A stretch of 46,089 nt of DNA from Nemertoderma westbladi (taxonomy: Eukaryota; Animalia; Xenacoelomorpha). Below the pieces are notes generated by a model. That model saw only the letters and a list, made by a program, of their open reading frames with translations. It made no database searches and was not told the origin of the DNA. The DNA lies in the NCBI GenBank assembly GCA_032718475.1, contig JAUCBJ010006884.1, positions 1-46,089 on the forward strand, read 5' to 3'. The position numbers and the translations under genes are program-made. Shown here one piece after another: positions 16,154 to 26,770 of the stretch. The number at the start of each line of letters is the position of its first letter. Position 1 is the stretch's first letter.

Positions 16154-18112
16154 CTACTACTACTAGGTCGAGCGCACTCGGACAATGGAAATGAGATCCT
16201 TCCAGGCTTCCCGATTCTCCATAGTTGTCGCAGTTTCGTTTCTCCCAAGTTCAGTATCCCTTTCAAGTTGATCTATGTTATGGCCGGTGGTCCACGACTT
16301 CGCTTTCCATGAGTTGGTTGCCAGAAAAGTAGATCTGGTATGACCTCGTCTTTACTTCGCCAGCAGTGCCCACTGAATCTTAATCTGCGTTCATGGAGGG
16401 TGGTTGATACAGGTGGTATTGTACCATGTGCACCTAATGTGTCACCTTGCAGTACCCCAGCCAGGATTGAGAAAAACTCAGTTTCACCATCTGGTGAGAG
16501 TACCTGCGCTTCTGTGTCACAATACCAATTCACAATCCAATTCCAGCAACAATTACTTCTGGTATTCCATAATCTCTTAGGATTTCAACCAATTTACCTC
16601 TATGGATGGAGTCGAATGCCTTATTGAAGTCCACAAAAGTCATGACTGCGGGGAGATTCTTTTACTTAATTCCTTCAATCAGTCTCCGTAGTGTAAGTAT
16701 CTGAGCTATTGTTGATATACTTGGTCGAAATCCGTTTTGGCTGTTACGCAGTAGTTTCTCTATGTGAGGCCTAATCCTATATAGAATAATTTTATTGTAT
16801 ATTTTGGCAGCTACCACAAGCAGACAGATCACACGATAGTTTGTTGGTATACCGAGGTCTCCTTTCTTGGGGGAGGCTTTAGTTGACCTTTAGTCCAAAT
16901 TGGTGGTGGCTTCTCCCCTTTTAACATCCGGTTGCAAACATTCAATAATGGTCTGTTTAGCACTCCTGTTTTCCATACCTCCGCTGGGATTTCATCTAAT
17001 CCACTAGCTTTATTATTGGACATGCTTTTAATGCTTCTTTGGAGTTCGACAGGAGTGAAGTCCCCTGTTTGTATAGGTAGTGTCCTGTCATATATTTTCC
17101 TTGTAGGGCTTACATCGATGTTTGGTGGCTGCCCAAGCAAGTTGCTGAAGTGATTTTTCCACTTCCCAACACGTTCTTCAGGACTATCGGCTTTGAGGCG
17201 CCCCTTTGCACAACTATTCCGACCAGATACCTCATTTACAGTTTGCCAGGTAAGTCTTGATTGTTGCTGTATGTGAGCAGTTGTAATTGCTTCAATTTTA
17301 TCCTGTATGTACTTTTCCTGGCTGATGTTGTAGGCCAATTTAAGATCGTCCTTAGCATTCTCAACCTTGTTAATGTTTTCTGTTGTTGGTTGTTCGGTTT
17401 TAACTTTGTACGCTATCTTAAGATCTTCTCTCTTACAAGTAACCTCAGAGTTTTGCCATGGCACATACTGTTTTCGTTTGGGTTTCTGGGGGATATGCCT
17501 CTTAGCTGATTCCTTGTGGGCTGTTATTATATTCTGGTATATTGAATCGGTGGACTGGTCTTCATCCATTGACTGAAGTGCTTCAAAACGGTTTTGAACT
17601 TCTACTGTATAAGCATCCTTTACTGCATTGTCAGTTCTGAGTTTCTCCCAGTCATAGTTGATTTGCTTGCTTGTCCTGGGCTTGCTGGCTCTCAAACTGA
17701 GTCTGATCTCTGCAGTCACAATTCTGTGGTCCGAACCAACTAGGTTGAACGGCTGTATGCCTCGCAGTTGATCATGCTGTTTCTCCACTATTTGTTTATA
17801 AGGATATAATCCAGTTGTGCTTTGGTTCCATTAGGGTATTGAAAGGTCCAAAGCTTCCCCTTACTCTTTTCGAATGTGTTGTTTGTTGGTATCAATTCAC
17901 ATTCTTCCATTAGGTCTAAAAGTAAGTACCCATTTCTGTTAGAACTGGCGTTATAGGTGTAACCCTTGATGTCTTCTGGGCCAATTTGCGCATTCAGGTC
18001 ACCAGCAATGACTTTAACATTGTGTTTCGGAATGTCCTTTATATGTCCAGTCAGATCTTCATAAAACTTGACTGCTTGTTCTGGCTCTGAGGCATTGGTT
18101 GGTGGATTCTTG
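16154..18112 (-). mobile_element. RTE-clade LINE B, 5'-truncated and internally deleted, nested in element A
   Basis: It encodes the C-terminal half of an APE (IAGDLNAQIG, QLDYIL, SDHRIV), the linker, the RT N-terminus (KASGLDEIP, FVDFN, VLQGDTL) and an RTE C-terminus (RRLRFSGHCWRS...GKRSRG). It ends in an (AGT)n tail at about 16154-16165 and is flanked by GATTCAGCTTTA at 16142-16153 and 18113-18124. Confidence 0.9.
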
Positions 18113-20140
18113 GATTCAGCTTTAACCTTGGTGGTTGGTTGGCTTTTTCGACCAGCAAGGTTTGCTTTTACGACCTGCTGTCGTCAGCATCATTGATGGC
18201 ATCAACCTGTTGGTTTATTAGCTCCTGTAAATTAACAGAGTACTGCCTGTTCAGGGTCCTAGATGCAGCCTTAACTGCATTCTTGGCTGCTGTAGTCTGT
18301 ATGAGTCGGTACTCTTTCTGCGCCTTGTAGAGGTCCTTTCGGCACTTCTGAGTTTTGTTGTCAGTCCAGGGGGCCCATTTCCTGTTTCGAGGGTATACAG
18401 GAACTGTTTCTGCAGCTGCTAACATAACTGCCTCTGTGAAAGCAGTATAGCCCTCACAGTGATCTGCCGCCTCAGAGGCAAGAGCCTCATATCTGTTGCT
18501 CAGCTGTAGTGTGAAGCTGGATCTCACACATGGCATTTGCAAAAGAAAGGACCAGTCATGCCGCGGCAAGGCAGATTTCATTGTTCTGCTAGCATGCAGA
18601 CTAAGTCTTACCTTGGCGACAATATGGCAGTGATCACAGGAGAACGGTCGTAGTGTAAATTCATTACAGTCTTGTATAGAGCTCCTGTGTTTCCTACGAA
18701 ACAGGATATGGTCTATCTAGGAATTGTGACCACTGGGTCCACTATGAGTCCATAGCTTACCAGTTCGCTACTTGAACTGGGTTCCAGCCGAAAACAATCC
18801 ATTTCCAGAGATAAAATCCTGAAGATGGACGGAATTTCGGTTAAAACTATTGCTATATAGACCCAGGGCGATGTAGGTAATTGATGCAGACTTGCATTAC
18901 AGTCTCCCAGGAATGTTAAGAATGCATGCTGATCCACTCCATCACTAGCTGCTTGTAGATTCTGGTAGAAATTTTCCACCTCCTCTATAGAGGCAACACT
19001 AGTTGGAGAATAGCACACAATCAGAACCACCTTAGAAAACTTCTTAGCCAGTCTTCCAGAACATGAGAAGTGGCAAAGGATGATGCGGTTAGAGATTTGG
19101 TCTATTTTGTCTAATGCTGCATGTGCAGTTGGATTCATCCATAGACCAATTCCACCATTGCCACTATCATCTGCTGAAGCGAGGGCGAGTCGCCAACCGC
19201 CCCCATGTCCTTAATCAGAACCTTATCAGTCTGTCCAGTCTGCATTCGGTGTTCTTGAACACCCACGGCACTAAGAGAAAGCTTATCTGCCAAGGCAGTC
19301 AGCTCACCTTGTCGCATTGGGGACCCGAGTGTTAGGGTATTTACTGAGGCTTTAGTCTAGTGACTAGCCTCAGATTCACCAATGGCTTTGTTGGTTGGGG
19401 TGGAACATGAGTAGTAGCCTCCAACTCCAGAATCCCTCTCCCCCTCACAATCTGGCCTCCCTGGTGAACGAGGGTTTGGGCCAGAAAGGTCATCAGGAAA
19501 GGGACTCACAGAATTGTTTGCCGCTCTCTCTCCAGTAGGGGATGTTATAGGCAGCCGGTCAGAAGATGACTGACACCTGTGCGGCCGATTGTGTCCGGTA
19601 ATTCCACTGGCCTCTAGTGGCCGGTCCTCCGCATTACTAATGTAATCCATAGTGGGGGTTAGGGGGTGCTTTTTTGCCGAGTCAGCTCTCGGGGCAAATA
19701 CCACACCCTGGCTTGCCATTCCACAGGGTGGGTGTCGCAGTGGAGTCAGATATGAGGCCCATCACCCATATCTACTCTGTGCACATGACCCACCATTGGC
19801 TGTGCAGCTCATCTGCTTAATCATGCCCTGTACCCCTGCTGCCAGGTGCAGGTCTCAGTGAAGTGCACTCAGAGTGGACATTAGAACACTACTCCTGACA
19901 AGCCATTGGTAGATCACCATCTGCCTGGCCAGGCCATATACCCCTGCAGCGGTCCTTAATCCAGGACCAAGGGCATCCATATCCCAGAACGAAGGGGGTT
20001 CTAGTTACAGGACCAGATTACAGGACCCTAGTAAGAGGGTCTATGCAACTACAGGTGGCACCTCCTTTATGCTGCATGGAGGTTGCAAGTTTTCTTTATC
20101 AATGACCTAGAATACCTGACCTGACTACATCTCTGAGGCC
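18113..20140 (-). mobile_element. RTE LINE A, 5' part (5' UTR, APE endonuclease, linker), frameshifted
   Basis: APE motifs are split over several frames: VGVQEHR, ISNRII, VCYSPT, LGDCNA, DHILFR/DHCH. The frame ...SQPTTKVKAES rejoins PADRLNGW across insertion B. The 5' boundary is approximate (GC-rich UTR ends near 20140). Confidence 0.8.
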
Positions 20141-21087
20141 GGTTTAGGGGGTGGGTCAAGATTAGAATTCTGTAGGGCCAATAGAAATTGGTGTTTTGCA
20201 AATGACCTCGTGTTGCCATGGTGAAACGGGAACCAAAACTTCACAATTGAGCTTGGCATCAGACGGATTCGGATTCAGCACAGTCGATTTAGCTTAAAAC
20301 CGTTGGATGTCTGCCATTACCCAAATTTGCCTTCGCCATCACTATTTTCTTCAAAAAGGAACGAGACTAATGCTTTTTGAATAATAATGAAAACAGTAAT
20401 TAAGACTGTTTTCATCAATCGAGACACAAAATAATCAACTACAATATCTCTCAAATCTAGGGTAGGGCCTAAAATATAAAATAATCACTGTCTTAATCTA
20501 TTGCATACTGGATATTGCATGTACTGCGTAAATACAAAACCTTCATGCATACGTACATACAAAATACAAATTTACTATCTAACTTAGTGCATAAAATATA
20601 AAAAAAGGGCTTCGGTTATCCAAATAAAACTAATTAACAAATTAAAGCAAATAATTTCAAACATTTTCATAATACAATATAATATTGCGAATATACAGTC
20701 CCTATCTCATTCTAGATACTGTTTCTCAAACTGGGTACCTTTTCTCTTACCTCACTCTTACTAACTCAAACCTGTCTGGTTTACTCAAACCCAACTCAAA
20801 CTCGCATAACCACCCACTGTCACTGTGTAGCAGTCATACAACAAGCTGTCTGTGTTTAATGGCCCACTCGCTTCTGTTATACTCTGCCTACGGGTTTGAT
20901 GGTCTCCTGCTGTTATAACATTCCCTAAACTTGATTTGTTTGTGTGTAATTAACTCCAGTAGATAGTGAGAATTAAGTTGCAGACTCAGTGACTCAATTT
21001 ATTTTTAAATTTCAGAATAAAAAAATTATATGCTAAATTGTTAAACTGAAGATTTATTAATTTTTTATTACATTTATTAAGTATGTA

Positions 21088-21301
21088 TGTAAAAGCTTTT
21101 GTGGGATAACTGATACGTTTGCCTATGCTGGCCAGTTCCCCCCCAGGCGCTGGAATACTCTAAAAAAGGTTTTCTAACTGTATATATATTCCCCTCGCCC
21201 GCAAGGTACCTTTACAGGTGTTTTAACGGACATAAAAATCATTCTGCTATATACGTGTTTTAGCGGACATGGTAAGACAAAAAACTTGCTGCTACAGTGT
21301 A
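21088..21301 (+). repeat. Partial 5' copy of the LTR-like repeat found at 39547-40801 and 41707-43076
   Basis: Starts TGTAAAAGCTTTTG and carries the same GGTGTTTTAGCGGACATAA subrepeats as the two long copies. Confidence 0.7.
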
Positions 21302-21310
21302 CTGCAGTAC

Positions 21311-22360
21311 GGTAGCACGAACTTAGTTCCAATCGCACATTTTCAAAGGCGAACTTAATTCCAATTGAAACGAATTTAGTTCCAAAATAAATTTTACAAA
21401 GCGAACTTAGTTCCAATCGAGGCGAACTTAGTTCCAATCCCAGAATATCAAAACGAACTTAGTTCCAATGGATGCGAATTTAGTTCCAATGCATGCGAAT
21501 TTAGTTCCAATGCATGCGAATTTAGCCACTATTTGGGGTGGGTCAGGGTCAACAATAATTGTAAATATTTGTAAAACCATTCAGCCATTTATAAAAAACG
21601 AATTATTATTAATGAATTAAATGTATAATTACACATTTTGAAATATATATTCATCACGAGTATACTGATACTGTACTGACTGAATGAGTCTGTAGTATTA
21701 TATACTCAAGTCATGCACATTGTGCCATATTCACACCAAATACAATAATTACCAGTTGTTTCGGTTTAGGTGGATGGGCGTTGTTTGGGTTAGTAGGTTG
21801 GGCGTAGTTTGGGTTAAGAGCTTGGGCGTTGTTTTTTTACAATCAATATCATTTTAAATGATTAATGAATTTAATTGAATTGTTTGGGTTAAGAGGATGG
21901 GCGTTGTTTGGGATAAGATTGTTTTGGTTAGGAGGTTGGGCGTTTTGGGTTAGTTATTTACAATTACTATTTAACCATCCAACTAATAGTGTCATTAAAC
22001 AGATTCTTCGCCAACTACGTGGCTCGCCCCACACCTGAAACATTGGAATTAAATTCGCTTCCATTGGAACTAAATTCGCATCTATTGGAACTAAGTTCGT
22101 ACCCATTGGAACTAAATTCGCTTGCATTGGAACTAAGTTCGCATCCATTGGAACTAAGTTCGCATGCATTGGAACTAAATTCGTTTTCGTTTTTCTCTAG
22201 TTATTGGAACTAAGTTCGCCTAAATTGGAACTAAATTCGCCAAAATTGGAACTAAATTCGTTTCCATTGGAACTAAATTCGCCAAAATTGGAACTAAATT
22301 CGTTTCCATTGGAACTAAATTCGCATGAGGCTTAAATTGGACCTAAGTACGCGGGGAATC
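21311..22360. mobile_element. Non-autonomous foldback/MULE-like DNA transposon with modular inverted arms
   Basis: The left arm is tandem (G)CGAA(C/T)TTAGTTCCAAT (~21 bp) and the right arm is its reverse complement ATTGGAACTAA(A/G)TTCG. The interior has GGGCGTTGTTTGGGTTAG repeats. A 9-bp direct repeat CTGCAGTAC flanks it at 21302-21310 and 22361-22369. Confidence 0.8.
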
Positions 22361-22994
22361 CTGCAGTACTACCCCTGTACGGAGGTTACCGTAGTTCACG
22401 GAAAGCAGATTGCATTGCACCAAAGCATATCATTATTCACCGCAGGAAATTGTAAAACGCAATATTTTAATGGTAGAATATTTATTGACCAATCAACCCA
22501 AACGAAATCGCATAGGTTTAGGTCAATTGAGATAAAACAATCATGGAATCTCATAATTAATTAGATTTTCGATATGTGCCGTTGCCAAGGCGTGCCCTTG
22601 GCATCCATTGGTAAGAAATATAACAAGTATCTGGCATCCGGCAATATTAAATAAAATAGTTCATCAGTATTATTATTATTATTACTATAGAGCCCTATTT
22701 ATCTACCGAATATATAAATTTACCATTGTTTATATTAACACCTTTGTCTGACGCGGAGGTGTAGGCCTACATACAATAGCTTAATAATAAAGTAAACTGT
22801 TTTGTAATATGCATCAAAAAAACAATCATTGCGATATTAAATTTCATAATTACGGTACTAAATAAGCCATCATCAGTATTGTTAGATTAAGTTATACAGT
22901 AAACCAAATCATTAATGGTTGAGACAGGAGGGACAATGGATACAAATAAATTTCTAGACTAGATGAATTAAAGATATTTGATATCATTTAAAGG

Positions 22995-23205
22995 AGAGGA
23001 GCAAATTACCGTGGTATGTTAATCTAACCAAAACAAATAACACGAGCCAATACCACACAGGCTACAGTTCAGCTCAACAGCCTCAATGTTAAATTCTCAA
23101 TTTAGGGAAAGGAGCAGGTTACAGTGGCACGTTATTTTTAAACAAAACAATAAACTAAACACAATAGAACACAAGAACAGGTTACAGTTTTATTTTTGAG
23201 AGTTC
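22995..23205 (+). repeat. Two degenerate tandem copies of a dispersed repeat matching 32007-32102
   Basis: GAGCAGGTTACAGTGGCACGTTATT...GGTTACAG..TTTTTGAGAGT at about 23112-23203 matches 32011-32102. A more diverged copy lies at about 22997-23070. Confidence 0.6.
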
Positions 23206-23391
23206 AGCTGTTATCAGCCCCCCCCCCCCCCCCCCCCCCCCTATCTGCCATTTTGATAGTGTCGTGCAACCCCCCGTCCCCATATCTGGATTTGTATAAA
23301 TAATAATTAATTAATAATATCATACAGTATTATTACTGTTCCCGTTCCGTTTCTAAATGTAATTAGAAAGTGAATCATTAAGCTATTTAAA

Positions 23392-23647
23392 ATGCATGCA
23401 AAGCGCCGAAACATCATTACAGCAGTGGCTGGGCTGGCTGCCGTCAGCATAGCTCTGAACGCCGCCAGCATGGCAACACAATTCTGGTGTACGGCGTCAA
23501 CCAGAGAAAAAATTAAAGAAGAACAACTGAAAGACATCGATGAAATATCGACGGACAGACTCGATGGACGGCTGTCGTTCGGGTTATTCCGCGGATGTAT
23601 GTCCGAGAACTTCGGGTATGGCGAACGAATGCCCAAATGCTTTTGGG
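23392..23647 (+). CDS. CLRN: Clarin-family tetraspan membrane protein, exon 1
   Basis: MHAKRRNII-TM1-ATQFW...GRLSFGLFRG...GYGER resembles the clarin N-terminus (W...GLFxG...GxGxR). Phase-1 donor G|GTGAGT at 23647/23648. Confidence 0.88.
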
Positions 23648-24092
23648 GTGAGTTTGCGATATTTAATTTATAATTCAATTTTATTTAGTAAAAGTACATG
23701 ATCTATTTTCCGTATTGGCCTTTTTCACTTAAGCTACTTAGTAGGGGTTTTTCACAGTGGACCGTAGAGGAATAAAAATCAGTATATGTTCTGATTTTTA
23801 TTCATACGGGCCAATATGCTTAGGCCTGCTGCATTTATTTTATTTAGGTGTAATAGATTTATTATTTTAATTTAAAAACCACTGGTTTCGAACAAGTTAC
23901 ATAAAAGGTTTGTTTACCGGCAAAAATGTATTGGATTTGAAACTAAAGTAGTAACTAAAAGTGAAAGAAATTCCCGCAAATAAGTTACCTTCCCTGTATT
24001 TACAGTATTATGTATAATTAAAATAATGAAGATGATCCGTCTAATATATTTAATATACTGTATTTTTTGGTGGTATTACAGTTGAAAGAATG

Positions 24093-25836
24093 GCGGAGTG
24101 GCTCAGTTGGTTGGGCGCAGGGACTGCAATCTATCGGTTGTAGGTTCAGCCCCTCCAGGGTCCACTCAGCCTTTCATCAACTGGGCGGGTCGATAAATTG
24201 AGTACCAGTTTAATTACTGGGAGCAAATCTTGGGATAGGAGTAGCGCCCACCCCTACCTTCGGGTAATAGATAGGAGTAGCGCCCACCCCTACCCTCGGG
24301 TATCAGATAGGAGTAGCGCCCACACCTACCCTCGGGTAGCAGATAGGAGTAGCGCCCACCCCTACCCTCGGGTAATAGATAGGAGTAGCGCCCACCCCTA
24401 CCTTCGGGTCGTAGATAGGAGTAGCGCCCACCCCTACCCTCGGGTAGTAGATAGGAGCAGCGCCCACCCTTACCTTCGGGTAGCAGATAGGAGTAGCGCC
24501 CAACCCTACCCTCGGGTAGCAGATAGGAGTAGCGCCCACCCCTACCCTCGGGTAGCAGATAGGAGTAACGCCCACCCCTACCCTCGGGTAGCAGATAGGA
24601 GTAGCGCCCACCCCTACCCTCGGGAGGCAGATAGGAGTAGCGCCCACCCATATGATCGGGTAGCAGATAGGAGTAACGCCCACCCACCCCTACCTTCGGG
24701 TAGCATATAGGAGTAGCGCCCACCCCTACCTTCGGGAACAGATAGGAGTAGCGCCCACCCCTACCTTCGGGTAGCAGATAGGAGTAGCGCCCACCCCTAC
24801 CCTCGGGTAGAAGATAGGAGTAGCGCCCACCCCTACCCTCGGGTAGCAGATAGGAGTAGCGCCCACCCCTACCCTCGGGTAGCAGATAGGAGTAGCGCCC
24901 ACCCCTACCCTCGGGAGGCAGATAGGAGTAGCGCTCACCCCTACCCTCGGGTAGCAGATAGGAATAGCGCCCATCCACCCACCCCTACCTCCGGGTAGCA
25001 TATACTGTAGGAGTAGCGCCCACCCCTACCTTCGGTAACAGATAGGAGTAGCTCCTACCCCTACCTTCGGGTAGCAGATAGGAGTTGCGCCCACCCACCC
25101 CTACCTTCGGGTATCATATACGAGTAGCGCCCACCCCTACCTTCGGGAACAGATAGGAGTAGCGCCCACCCGTACCTTCGGGTAGCAGATAGGAGTAGCG
25201 CCCACCCCTACCCTCGGGTAGCAGATAGGAGTAGCGCCCACCCCTACCCTCGGGTAGCAGATAGGAGTAGCGCCCACCCCTACCCTCGGGTAGCAGATAG
25301 GAGTAGCGCCCACCCCTACCATCGGGAGGCTGAGGCAGATAGGAGTAGCGCCCACCCCTACCCTCGGGTAGCAGATAGGAGTAGCGCCCACCCACCCCTA
25401 CCTTCGGGTAGCATATAGGAGTAGCGCCCACCCCTACCTTCGGTATCAGATATGAGTAGCGCCCACCCCTACCTTCGGGTAGCAGATAGGAGTTGCGCCC
25501 ACCCACCACTACCTTCGGGTAGCATATAGGAGTAGCACCCACCCTTACCTTCGGGTAGCAGATAGGAGTAGCGCCCACCCCTACCCTCGGGAGGCAGATA
25601 GGAGTAGCGTCCACCGCTACCCTCGGGTAGCAGATATGAGTAGCGCCCACCCACCCCTACCCTCGGGTAGCAGATAGGAGTAGCGCCTACCCCTACCCTC
25701 GGGTAGCAGATAGGAGTAGCGCCCACCCCTGCCCTCGGGTAGCAGATAGGAGTAGCGCCCACCCCTACCCTCGGGTAGCAGCTATCGAAAGAGGAGCCTC
25801 CGGCTACGGTCTACTGTTTTCTTTGCTTGCTTTTGC
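24093..25836 (+). mobile_element. tRNA-derived SINE (copy 1) with an internally expanded minisatellite, in clarin intron 1
   Basis: A box TGGCTCAGTTGG, Cys-like arm GGACTGCAATCT, B-box-like GGTTCAGCCC, body CACTCAGCCTTTCATC..GGTCGATAAA.TGAGTACCAG, and a (CTTTG/CTTG)-type tail. Homologous to 30660-30888. Confidence 0.88.
24233..25780. repeat. 36-bp GC-rich minisatellite, about 43 units
   Basis: Unit GATAGGAGTAGCGCCCACCCCTACCCTCGGGTAGCA, with some 34- and 40-bp variants. Confidence 0.97.
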
Positions 25837-25912
25837 TACAGTATCAAGAGTATTGCGAATTATTTTTTACCTAGATTGACTGGATTAATATGCCCCTATA
25901 TACTCATTGCAG

Positions 25913-26092
25913 TTTGGGATTTCTTTAAAGATTCTTTCAACGTAGCCACCCTCTACGCTAGCATCTGTCTATCAGGTATTGGTGGTCTGGCTGACGCGGT
26001 TACTTTCGTTTTGGGTATTTACAATGGAACCAACGTGCCTAGAAAACATCTGTTTGGGGTCCTTGGTCTGTTTATTTGGAATATTCTGTCAG
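25913..26092 (+). CDS. CLRN: Clarin-family protein, exon 2 (180 nt)
   Basis: Acceptor CATTGCAG and donor CAG|GTACGT, phase 1 to 1. Encodes TM2 and the clarin-like YN...P...L.G.LGLFIWN motif. Confidence 0.88.
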
Positions 26093-26149
26093 GTACGTTG
26101 GATTGTATTGTTATGACTGTATCAGCTACCCACGTACTGTACATACACG

Positions 26150-26420
26150 TCGTGGGACTTCGCGCAGCACATAAGTCCAGATGAACCTTTGCGTAGAAGT
26201 ACAATTAGTGGACCTAATCATTCGCCCACTTGCTGTCGACTGATAAGCTATATAAGTCTGTCTGTGAGTATAATTTCAATATTTTTTATAGACTACATGT
26301 GTACCAAGTTTGGTTCCTTTTCATCAAAGATTGACCGACTTATTAGCGTTCAAACATTTTCGACGACGACAGATTATACCCCTACAATATGACTCACCTG
26401 GACTTACGTGGCTCGGCCTA
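26150..26420 (+). mobile_element. Probable non-autonomous Helentron-associated (HINE/DINE-like) element in intron 2
   Basis: 5' GGACTT..CACATAAGTCCAG and 3' CTGGACTTACGTG form subterminal inverted repeats. It also has a TGTACCAAGTTTGG core and a short (GAC)n microsatellite near the 3' end. Confidence 0.5.
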
Positions 26421-26626
26421 CATGTACCCGTATGTTTGTAATGTTATGCCCAATGAAACAAATTAACTAGCCTTGGCAAAACACTGGTTGAGGGGGAAGG
26501 GGGGTGCACTGCAAACGAACAGCTACAATAAACAGTATTGTACAATAAACACAGTAACATAAACATTCTTTATTAATTGCATTGTTACTAATTCTCTTCT
26601 CGCAGAGATTTTTTGTTTTGTTGTAG

Positions 26627-26770
26627 GCGCTTCACTACTTCTATCTGTATTGATATTTATGGCGACGTTTCTCAACACATTTCGTTATAACCTGTTGATT
26701 ACCAGCACCACGTTTCGTACCCACAGCGCCGCGTTGGGAATGTCATTTTGGTTAACAGTTGCGGCATCTG
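26627..26770 (+). CDS. CLRN: Clarin-family protein, exon 3
   Basis: Acceptor TTTTGTTGTAG (in-frame alternative CAG at 26605) and donor CTG|GTAAGT, phase 1. Encodes (G)ASLLLSVLIF...LGMSFWL, matching the clarin SFW motif. Confidence 0.85.

Noticed and set aside
14908-16266. Intact stand-alone reverse transcriptase gene (retron/DGR-like)
   Set aside because: It is a chimera of two nested decayed RTE LINEs, with a deletion near PKKG and non-homologous ends.
24198-25762. RGG-rich or DRSSAHPYPR repeat proteins
   Set aside because: These are translations of the 36-bp SINE-derived minisatellite, open in several frames and broken by indel units.
26265-26279. TGAGTATAATTTCA match between the HINE-like element and the 43-bp satellite
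   Set aside because: Only about 14 AT-rich bases match with no extension, too little to claim the satellite derives from this element.
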